Positions 1 through 9,986 of a stretch of DNA of 64,000 bases are shown here, in pieces; positions within the stretch are counted from its first letter, which is position 1, and each line of letters begins with the position of its first letter. The DNA lies in the NCBI RefSeq assembly GCF_000143415.4, contig NW_003314263.1, positions 2,358,041 to 2,422,040 on the forward strand, written 5' to 3'. The translations under genes were made by a program, and so were the position numbers. Source of the stretch: Selaginella moellendorffii (lineage: Eukaryota > Plantae > Lycopodiophyta). The notes under the pieces are model-generated. The model worked only from the letters and a program-made list of their open reading frames with translations, searched no databases and was not told where the DNA came from.

Positions 1-1076
1 GGAAATGGTAGATCTAGACAATGCAAAAAGCTAGATCTAAATTAAAACCTTGAAAAGAAAGAACAAAAGAAAGGAAATGGAAAAAGCTAGATCTAGATGA
101 TGCAAAAGCTAGATCTAAAATAATATCCCAAATCCAAGCACTCCTCAAGGACAATCAAAGGTGCCTCTCATCTCCACCAATGTGAGTGCTTGAAATATAG
201 AAAGGAAATACAGAAAATGTGCATGTCAATTAGCCCAAAAACTTTAATTTATATACAAGAGCGAATGGTCCAGATTGAAACCAATCCGACGGTTACCAAA
301 ATCCCACTACGCTAATATTAGTATACGGCATTATAACCGTACACTTGGCCCTTACAGTTTATATTTTTCAATATTCTAGTAATTGATAATTATAAGAGTG
401 CATAACTTTTATTTTCATTATATTAAATGATATCTCTTTATGGATTTATGTTGATGAATTATACTCAGATTCTACTATATTAAATTATTTTTGTATAAGA
501 ATTACCTTTTAATGTGATTTTATTTTTTAATTTATTATATATTATATTTTATTTAAAGTTTTATTACTTTCCAAAATAATATATGAATTATATTGCATTT
601 TATTATTTTGCTTGTACTAATTCAGTTTTTGCATAAGCAATGAAAATAACCATTATTGATTATACTCTTATACTGGTGATTTCATAAATTTTAAAAGATG
701 AACCAATGAAATTTTTACTGCATGCTTGGGAAAAGTAAATAACTAGCAATATAAATTTTCATCTTGTTCCATTGTTTTTTACTCATGAAAAATTATTAAT
801 TTATGTCATTAATTTTTATTATTATCACTTCACTGATGTCAAATTAGTAATTTTTTGCAATAAAAATTCATGGTACAACTTACAAGAGCCATTCCAAAGA
901 AGGCTTGTACCAGACCATGGCCACACTATACCGAAGCATTGGTATAAATGAAAAGCATGACATTCCCCAGAACTATAAAACCCATTGAACTTCACTTTCA
1001 ATCCTGACGATGTTCAAACCCAGTTCATTAACATTTGAGGCGAGCTAAATAGCGTTGTTCTTTCGTTGCGAAAGAA

Positions 1077-2240
1077 ATGCAGGTGGAGAGGAGGAGCATC
1101 GGCTCTTGTTTATCCACGGGATCGGATGCTCTGGCTGTTCGGCGAGATCGGCGCAGGCGGCAGCCAAACTGGATGACGTTCCTGCGGCCGGAGCATCTCC
1201 AAGAACGCGATTGCTGGCTCGCTGTGCACAAGATCAACAGCGGCGTGCTGGATTCGCTGGCTGTTCACAACGCCGTTGTACCCCTGTGTCGCGTTTTAGG
1301 CCGTCTCGGCGGAAGTGGAAGCGATCACGCCTTGGCCAACGGTGGCCTTGCTTGTACCTTCAGAGGACCGAGGTACTTGAAATTTCTTTCCATGCGATAT
1401 GGTCTCGTTTGCTCTGTTCCTTCTCACGGATGATTTTTTCGGCCTTGATGCACGTCTTCAATCCTTTCAAATCGGAGGCGTTTCAGGTGGCTATCCCACC
1501 CAAGATCGTCGTGTCCACCGCAGCTATCGTTCCCAAGGCGAGCAGTTCAAAAGAGTTCAGGGTGGTGGAAATGGCCGAATTCGGTGAAGTCAGGGGTGTT
1601 TATATATACGAAAGCAGGACGAAGGTATGGAGGAGGTCCTGGAGTTGGAACCGCTGCAGTACCTTGAGTTCTATCCGTGCAATGTCATCGTTGGCAACAT
1701 GTTCTGCTTCTTGGCGAAAAGTGGCAGAAACGGGTACCTGAGGGTCATGTTCTACGACATGGAAGCTGAAGCCTTGACAGATTCACAGCCTGAGTTTCCT
1801 GCGTAGGATGGTGTGGAAGAGTACGCGGAAAGCATTCGCATTGTGGAGCCCAATCTGTTTCTGTGACCTGTGCAAGGCTGTGGTGGATACCGTTGTGAGT
1901 GGCTCACCATCTTCCGACGAGGATACTGGATGAATACTCGGAAGTTGTTATATGGCAAATGGATGAACATACTCTCAAGTGGGAGACAGTTGCAAAGATG
2001 CCAGATGATTTGTGCAAGCTTTACTTCGCCTGTGACATGCATTCCAGGCTTAAAGTTTGTGGAGCTGGCTCAATTCGGACCGGCATCCCATCCCCACGTT
2101 CGAGTGCTCTCTCTTTCGTTTAGAACCAGCTGGTTGTTTCCCTTCTCCAGTTTCCTTTTCTCGGCCAAATCCTTCCAGTTCGATCTTCGAGTCTGTTGCG
2201 CTTGAGCTTCTCATCACGCATGACCTCCGTGTAAGTCCGT
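1077..2240 (+). pseudogene. Degenerate F-box-associated/kelch-like beta-propeller gene, fragmented across frames
   Basis: Fragments MHVFNPFKSE, VYIYESRTKVWRRS and VIWQMDEHTLKWETVAKMP resemble plant F-box-associated repeat motifs, but they sit in different frames with internal stops. Boundaries approximate. Confidence 0.5.
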
Positions 2241-2772
2241 AATCGTTTTCTTCGATAATCAGCCTCCCTCTTGCTGAGATGTCCTTGGAGCTGTGCACGT
2301 CGACACAGCTCTTCCTGCGTTGTTCGCTACCATACAGCATATTCTTAAATTTTCTTTTTATTCAAAGGAACTTATATGGCGAGTTTTAAACAAGCAGTAT
2401 TTACATAAGGTTTGTGTTTCTTTTGTTATGAAACACAAAAGAATAACAATGAAATTATCATGATAGAACACGGGTGGAGAGCTAATAATATACATTTTAC
2501 TCAATCTTTCACATTCATTATTAACAACTGTATACTAGCTTATGGTATAGGTCGTAAGGTTCTTTTCTTAGATGGTTCTATTTATGTATCTATAAAACTA
2601 TTAGCAAGAGATGGACTTTCATTTAGGCACCAGGGCCATGAGCTTGATTTGTAGAGTTACTGGTTTTGGCTGTCTATCAAAACCCTGGCCCTAACAACAA
2701 GCATAAGGACTACTTGTAAAGTGCATCCCTTGTCTTTCAACTTATTCTAAGTGTAAATGTAGAGGTGGTGTG

Positions 2773-3238
2773 TGTCGAGGGCCAGAGCCAGCTCAAGAAT
2801 AAGACTTGGTCCAAGTCGGGGTTTTTTCCTTCTTTTTGGTTATAGTGGGGGGAATAAGGGAATATTCTGCTGAAAACAGGGTGTGTCCCTTGGTGCCAGA
2901 GGTTGACGATAGGGGGGATGGCCAATTTCCAGGCATAGGATGTGTGTAGAGGGGGAGGGAGTGAAATAAAGAGAAGGTCTTGGAAGGATGCCTCGTACAA
3001 CAGCCTTGGAGCGCGTGGAGCGGAGGTTGGCAGTGCAGTGGCGACTACGGTTGTTCGAGGAGCGTATCACAGCGAGAATCGCTCAAGATCAACCAATCTG
3101 TGTGAGTAGTCTGACTTGTGGGCAGCCCTGGGTTAGGATGTTGGCAGAGGTTCTAGCAGAGGTCGCTGACGAGGCTAGAGATGAGGCTAGGCAGCAGTGA
3201 TTCTCCACGTCGCTGGTGTGTTGTCGCGAGGAGCGACA
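2773..3238 (+). repeat. 5' LTR of element A
   Basis: TGTCGAGG...GCGACA; near-identical to 16212-16677 (about 9 substitutions by manual count). Confidence 0.95.
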
Positions 3239-3243
3239 TCTTT

Positions 3244-3266
3244 TGGTGCACTGCCCGGGAAGCGAA
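3244..3266 (+). promoter_or_regulatory. Primer-binding site of element A (tRNA-Gly-like)
   Basis: TGGTGCACTGCCCGGGAAGCGAA just after the LTR; reverse complement TTCGCTTCCCGGGCAGTGCACCA resembles a tRNA-Gly 3' end. Confidence 0.6.
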
Positions 3267-3351
3267 GTGAGCGTGGAGATTGTGGTAGAAGGGTGAGCGC
3301 TAGGAGAAGCCGGGCTGCCCTCACCAAATCGAGGCCGTTCCTTCTTGGTGT

Positions 3352-3603
3352 ATGAGCCAAAGAAGACAAGAGTATTTGGCGAGACTTGTAGAAGCACAAG
3401 AGCGAGAGGAAAGACGAACGAAGCAGAGACGTGAGAGAGAGGCGAGAATTCTTGCGAGAAATCTGCCACTGGTTCATGAGCCTGAGAGTCCAAGAGCGAG
3501 GAGTGCAAATCCTCATCCAAGCAGTCCTGTTAGCGAGCAGGAGAACAATCAGGAACAAGAAGACGAGTGGCAGGAGTTCCAGTTGTCACCGCCATGACAA
3601 CAG
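3352..3603 (+). pseudogene. N-terminal part of element A gag, interrupted by element B
   Basis: ORF MSQRRQEYL... continues in frame after removing B (11142 onward) into the 11211 ORF; contains TGA at 3595. Confidence 0.75.
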
Positions 3604-4752
3604 TGTAAGGAACCGACTCCCCGAGATGTCGTAGGCTAAAGGATCCCCAAAAGCTTGACCGAAGTGACAAAGAGTTCATCGGATGGGACCAAGTCGAGGA
3701 TCGAGTCCAAGACCGACTCTAGGACCGAGTTCGAGATAGAGTCCGGAATCGAGTCCGAGACCGACTCGGGGACCGAGTTCGAGTCCGAGTTCGAAACCGA
3801 GTTCGAGACGGAGTCCGAGATCCGAAATCGGGTCCAAGACCGAGTCTGAGGTCGAGTCCGAGGTCGGGTCCGAGATCGGGTCCGAGATCGAGTCCGTGAT
3901 CGAGTCCGAACCCGAATCCGAAGTCGGATCCGAAATCGGGTCCAAGATCGAGCCAGAGACTAAGTCCAAATACTAATACGGGTCAAGGGGTGAAAGCCCA
4001 AAGCGTGCGTCTCCCAGGGGGGGGGGGCTGCCCGGGGGTTCCAAAAGTATAGTAGGGATAGTGAGGTCCAGGAACCAGTTTTGAAGGGACTCTCCAGTTG
4101 GGTTTCCAAACCGACTTGAGGTTGGGACTGGGACCGAGGGGCCTTGGGTGGGAGTGAGCATGGACTTGGCTGGTGCCGGAGGGGCCATCCAAGGAAGTGC
4201 TCAAGAGCAGCTCCCACTCCCGAAAAGGAAACCGATTGCGGTGCTCCCGGCTCATGTGGAGTGGTGCCCCACTTGAGTACCATGCGGCTCATTGGTCCTC
4301 GCCCTTCCTAGGGGCTTGGGCCTTCCTTCGGGATGGAAGTGGGGGGCGAGAGGTACCCATACCGGGCCGCTAGGCCACGGTGTTTCGCCCCGGCGTCCCG
4401 AAGCAAGTGTTGCACTCAAGACTTGGGATTTAGAGGGTCCCATGATCAAGTCTTGTGGTACCAAGGGATGTTAGGAACCTGGAAGCTTGGTGTGCTTGGC
4501 TGCTTGTGCTTGCGGGGAGTGTAGCCGAACCTTAAGTCCAGTCTAACCCGGGGAGGGGGATTGGGAGTGATTTGGGAATCCATGGAAGGATGGCTAACAC
4601 TCCGTTGCTCGTGCAGTGAGTAGCTGAAACCAAGTAGGAGCTGGTACCATAGGCGAGAACCTTGGCGAGGGAACTTAGCAAAAGCCAAGGCAGTGTTGGA
4701 CGGATAGGCGAGGTAAGCTGGCAAAGTGGAAAGGAAAAATTTGTGGCTTACA
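3604..4752 (+). repeat. 5' LTR of element B, with internal CCGAG(T/A)-type hexamer array (~3690-3960) and G-run (~4017-4028)
   Basis: About 99% identical to 9987-11136 by manual comparison. Confidence 0.95.
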
Positions 4753-4755
4753 ATT

Positions 4756-4768
4756 TGGTATCGGAGCC
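4756..4768 (+). promoter_or_regulatory. PBS of element B (initiator tRNA-Met type)
   Basis: TGGTATCGGAGCC, one mismatch to the canonical TGGTATCAGAGC. Confidence 0.9.
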
Positions 4769-4811
4769 TTCTCCTCAGTTCTAGCGAAGGATAGAGGTGG
4801 ATTGCTGGGAG

Positions 4812-7800
4812 ATGGCAAGGGCAGGGCGTAAGCGAACCCAGGCGGAGACAGAACCTCCGCCAGAGCTGGAGCCTCCGGTCGAACAAGAGGCTATGGATGA
4901 GGAATCCTTGCATGAGGAGGACTCTAGTGAGGAAACTTCCAAACAGGAGTCCGGTGGCGAGGTTCGGTCGTCCAAGGCTCGATTGGACGTTCTAGAAGGT
5001 CAATTGGCGCAGACCAATGCCCTGCTGGAGACTCTCGTACGCAAGCTAAAGCGTGACGAGAAACGGAAGAAAAGGCGAAAGACTGCGGATGCTGGCAGCG
5101 TAGAAGGTGCGGACCCTTCGGCAGGGACTGAGGCAAAACCAGACAAGGTCGAACAGACCGAAGTGGAATCAGTCCCTCAGGCAGTTCCCAAGTACAAACC
5201 AAAGCCCCCACCGGTGTTCAAGGGAGTGAACGACTATAAGGTTGTGGAGGATTGGTTTTACGATATGGAGGACTACTTCCGAGCGTTACGGTTACCGAGC
5301 TCGGAGAAGGTCCCATGTGCAAAACCATACTTGGCAGATAATGCCAAGTCTTGGTGGAGAACAACGGAGGCCAACGAAGGACCGGTGGCCACCTGGGACA
5401 TGATGAAGGCGAGGATCCACGCGACATACGTTCCTCCGAATGCCACTCTGCATCTGAGAGATGAGCTGAGTAGGCTGAAGCAGACTGGAACCATCCAGGA
5501 ATATGTGAATGGGTTCATGGCAAAGAGGATACTTGTCACGGACATGGGGGATATGGATGCGTTCCATGCCTTTATATCAGGTTTGCAAACCTGGGCTCGC
5601 GGTGAGGTGATGCGCTGGAACCCGACCAACTACAAGGAAGCGTTGGATGCGGCCATCAAGGTGCATTTCAACGATAACCTGCGAAAGGGGAACACGACGG
5701 GGTCGGGATCCACGTTTCACAAAGGGGCCAAACCGAGGGGAACATATAGCAGGGGGAAATTCAAGAAGAGTTTCTCTAAGAATGAGTCCTCGGGATTTCG
5801 GAAAGGCAAATCCAGTGGCCAGCGAGCAAGTACGTGGGGGAGTCAAGCGAAAAGAGACAAACCCACGGATAAGAAGGTCAAGTCATATAGCAGCGTGGGA
5901 AACAACGTATGCTATAACTGCGGTGAAGCGGGACACTTTTCGAGGGAATGTCCCTACCCGAAGAAGGCTAGAGCCAATATGGCCATCAAGTCGGGCGAAG
6001 TCCAAAATGAGGTATGTGATCCAGTCCCTAACTCAAAGTTACTCATTACACGAGCAACTTTGGTAGAGAGTCGTTCGCGACATCTACTAGCCCTCCGAGG
6101 GAAGCTCGGAGGTAGCTTTGTTAAGATCCTTATTGACACGGGTGCTTCGGATAATTTTGTGGCTGTAGACATAGTCCGGCAAGCCGGACTAACGGTGCAG
6201 CGGCTAGGCGAACCAAGGACTATAGAGTTTGTTCAAGGTAGCCAAAGCACCGATGAGGTACTTCGACAAGCGAAAGTCGAAGTAGGGACATGGAAGGTAG
6301 ACATGGATTTCACCGTGTTGGACATGGCGGGATTTGACGTGATCTTCGGAATGGATTGGTTCAATCGGTTCGTGGTAGCCCTCCATGGACAAGGTAGGAA
6401 CCTTGTGGTACTGGCGAATGCCCAAGGAAGAAGATCTAGGGTGGAAGCCCAGGATCTAAAGGTAGGGCAAAGCAAGGCCAAAGAATCCTGCTTAAACCTG
6501 GTGTCCACGAGAGGACAACTCACTAAAGGAACTAAGGCAGCCTTTTTGTGCTTACTCTCGGTGAAGAGTGACAAAAAGACAAGAACGGAAGAAGTGCCTT
6601 TAGTGATCCAGCGGGTGTTGGACCAATTCCAGGATACCATGCCGGAGGAGCTACCGGCGGGGCTGCCCCCAGCACGACCGATAGAACATAAGATTGAGCT
6701 GGTCGAGGTGCTGAGGCAGTGGTTCGTCCCCCTTATCGTTTGAACGAAAAAGAACTCAAGGAGCTCAAGTGCCAACTAGAGGAGTTGGTGGACAAAGGGT
6801 ATGTTAGGTTGAGCAAGTCGCCGTATGGGGCGCCGGTGTTATTTGTGAAAAAGAAAGATGGATCTATGCGCATGTGCATAGACTACCGCTTGCTCAACAA
6901 GTATACAAAGAAGAACAAGTACCCTTTGCCAAGGATTGAGGACCTGTTCGATAGGTTGGGAAAGGCAACATACTTCTCGAGGATTGACCTAAGGTCAGGA
7001 TACTACCAGATCAGGGTAGCCGAGGAAGATGTCGAGAAGACAACCTGTCGAACGAGGTATGGGAGCTTTGAGTTTCTGGTGATGCCCTTCGGGCTATGTA
7101 ATGCGCCGGCAACGTTTTCGGCGCTAATGAACCACGTCTTTGTACCCTATCTAGATCACTTCGTGGTCGTCTATATCGACGACATCCTGATCTATAGCGA
7201 GACGCTAGAAGAGCATGCCGAACACTTGGCGAAGGTGTTTGAGAAACTAAGGGAACACAAGCTGTATGCTAAAGAGAGCAAATGTGACTTTGCTCAACAA
7301 GAGGTAAAGTTTCTCGGGCATGTGGTGGGCCAGGACGGGCTCAAGGTGGACCCGGAGAAGGTCCAAGCGATCCAGGAATGGGAGCGACCATCGAATGTAC
7401 ATGAGTTGAGGGCGTTCCTGGGGCTATGCAACTACTATCGAAAGTTTATCAGACACTATTCGAGAGTAGCCCTGCCCTTAACGGACCAAACAGGAAAAGG
7501 GAAGATGGTATGGACAGCAGAATGCGAGGCGGCATTCGTCCACCTCAAAGGGAAGTTGAGGAAGGCTCCCGTATTGGCATTGCCAGACTTTGGTAAGGAC
7601 TTTGAGGTAGAAACGGATGCTTCGGACTTTGCGTTGGGCGCAGTTCTGAAGCAAGACAACCATCCGGTAGCGTTCTTCTCGAAGAAGCTGGACAAGGCTC
7701 AACGGAAGTGGCCTGCCCATGAGAAGGAATTGTTTGCGGTGGTCAAGGCACTCAAGGAGTGGCGACACTACCTTGGGAGACACTTCAAGGTTTACACGGA

Positions 7801-9583
7801 CAATGTGGCAACGAAACACTTCTTGTCACAGCCCGACCTAAGAGGGAAACAAGGTCGGTGGGCCAATGCCTTGGCCGAGTTTGATTGCGAAATTCTGTAC
7901 AAGCCTGGGAAGAGCAACATCGTGGCGGATGCGCTAAGTCGAAAAGCGAGCTTGAAGTTGGCAATATCCAGCGCAACAGCAACCTTCTGGGACGATGTGC
8001 GGACAGCATATGAGAACGATGGTCTAGCACAAGAAGTGTTGCTGAGGAATCTAGAGGCGCGGGAAGCTCACCAGAGAGGTGAGCTGCCAACGGAAGAGAG
8101 AACGGGCTATGCGGAACGCAACGGACTCATTTATTACAAGCAAACGAGGGTGTATGTTCCAGAAGGGGAACTAAGGAAGGTGGCCTTAGAAGAGTGTCAT
8201 GACGGACCTCTTGCGGGACACGGCGGAGTGCCCAAGACGATGGGCTTACTCAAGAGGAAGTACCATTGGCCAGATATGGCTAAGGACGTCCAAGACTATG
8301 TAAAGACATGTCCAACATGTCAGCAGGTCAAAGCCGTGACTAAGGCTAGTGGGGGCTTGTTGCAAAGCATCCCAATTCCAGATCGCCCGTGGAAATGTCT
8401 TACGATGGACTTCATCACGGGACTACCCCCAAGCGAGGGGTTCGATGCGATATTCGTGGTGGTGGACCGATTTTCAAAGATGGCACATTTCATACCCACC
8501 ACAACGGACGTGGATGCGGAAGGTGTGGCGAAGCTGTTCTTTGAACAAGTGGTTCGAGTGCGGGGAAGGCCGGAAGAGATTATCTCAGATCGAGATAAGA
8601 TCTTCACTAGTAGGTTCTGGAGGACACTCCTAGAACAGTATCGCACCAAATTGAAATTCAGCACAGCCTATCACCCACAGACAGGTAATGGGTATTAAGT
8701 CAAGATTGATGGCACTAACACTTCTTGACAGACGGACAAACGGAAAGGGTGAATAGGCAGCTGGAGGATTATTTGCGATGCTATGTCTCGGGAGACCAGA
8801 CCGACTGGGTAAGTCATTTGGGACTTGCGGAAATGTGTTATAACAACTCACCACACTCAAGCATCGGGGTGAGTCCATGGGAAGTCATCAATGGGCGAGC
8901 TATTGAAGGTCCTGTGGAACTCGGCGTGGCCGAGTATCATGGAGAGTTACCCGCAGTGGAGGCATTCACGGCGGAAAGACTCAACATTTGGAATCTAGTG
9001 AGGGATTCCTTGGAACGGGCTCAACAAAGGCAAACTAAGTACGCGAACCAAAAGCGTCGGGATGTGGAGTTCCAAGCTGGGGAGAAGGTGTGGCTGAACA
9101 CCAAGAACCTCAGACTACCAAGCTGGATCAGCCGAAAGTTGACCCAAAGGTAAAGACGCATGTATTCCTGTAAATGAATTGATCTTGAGTTCCTTAAGCA
9201 GGTTCGTGGGGCCTTATGAAATTGAGGCACGAATCGGTAAAGTGGCTTACCGACTCCGACTTCCTCGAGAGATGGGGAAGATGCACCCAGTGTTCCACGT
9301 GAACTTACTCAAGCCGTACTTTGAGGATCCGCTTCGCAAGGACCAAGTGAGACCTTTACCTGAGGTTATCCAAGGGGAAGAGGAATACGAAGTCGAGGCC
9401 ATCCTCAATGCGCGCAAGAGCAAGCGACAAGGACGCGAGGTGAGAGAGTTCCATGTGAAGTGGAAAGGATTTCCACACTGCGAAGCAACATGGGAACCGG
9501 AGGAGAACCTAGCGAACGCACGAGATCTAGTGGAGGAATTTCTGCAAGGCAGAACTTTATGTACTTATGCAAAATTCAATTAA
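4812..9583 (+). CDS. Element B gag-pol polyprotein (Gag, CCHC knuckle, protease, RT, RNase H, integrase, chromodomain); 1-nt frameshift at ~6708 and two predicted introns (8685-8731, 9150-9201)
   Basis: Motifs [39 protein letters not shown] zinc finger, [12 protein letters not shown]^DGQTER, KLTQR^FVGPY and EYEVEAIL...VKWKGF...TWEPEENL. Confidence 0.9.
8685..8731 (+). other. Predicted 47-nt GT-AG intron in element B integrase core
   Basis: GTAATG...CTAAC...TTCTTGACAG; removal gives ACA G|AC GGA CAA ACG GAA = [13 protein letters not shown] and joins the 6719 and 8725 ORFs in frame. Confidence 0.85.
9150..9201 (+). other. Predicted 52-nt GT-AG intron before the GPY/F motif and chromodomain of element B
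   Basis: AG|GTAAAG...TTCCTTAAGCAG|G; removal gives [12 protein letters not shown] and joins the 8725 and 9179 ORFs in frame. Confidence 0.85.
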
Positions 9584-9678
9584 AAATATCAATTTGCAAA
9601 GTTGAGCAAATGGCATATGTTGGGACCCGAAGGCGCGCCAAAGGTAAGCTAATTAGCATGGGTTGGATAGGTCGACCA

Positions 9679-9923
9679 GGCGTAGGGCACTACGCCCGAC
9701 TCCCTGCGGGGATGTCGAATCCGTAGACGTATTCTACGGAGGTTGGGTTCGAGTCCCAACCCCCTAGTAAAGCAAGGCTGGGTTCAAGTCCCGACCCTAT
9801 ACTAGGGCGTGGTGAGGTGAGGAGTATAGGGACACCTATATTCCGTTGTCATGGGCTCTTGGCCGGGGAGGCTAACTTAGGCACACCGCTAAGTGGGGGG
9901 ATGCCCCCGGAGACATGGACAAC
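9679..9923 (+). ncRNA. Putative conserved cis-acting structured RNA in the 3' UTR of element B
   Basis: Series of hairpins, two T-loop hairpins and a multibranch module; homologs at 29453-29682 and 29751-29863 show compensatory changes. Confidence 0.7.
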
Positions 9924-9974
9924 AAGTCGTAGGATAAAACGAGACGTTCAATGTGGGCATCGAACTTCTTCTAT

Positions 9975-9985
9975 GGGTGGTGGAG
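9975..9985 (+). promoter_or_regulatory. Polypurine tract of element B
   Basis: GGGTGGTGGAG immediately before the 3' LTR; identical in element C. Confidence 0.75.
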
Positions 9986-9986
9986 T

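Noticed and set aside
6700-6725. Frame change between PR and RT of B as a programmed frameshift or intron
   Set aside because: No slippery heptamer or insert; adding one G restores [16 protein letters not shown], so it is a single-base deletion or sequencing error.
9549-9601. Possible GC-AG intron after the chromodomain
   Set aside because: AT-rich and intron-sized, but the donor GCAGAA is poor and no conserved motif is restored.
9679-9765. A tRNA gene or hammerhead ribozyme (retrozyme) in B or C
   Set aside because: No acceptor stem or anticodon arm; I found no CTGANGA...GAAA core in a three-stem context.
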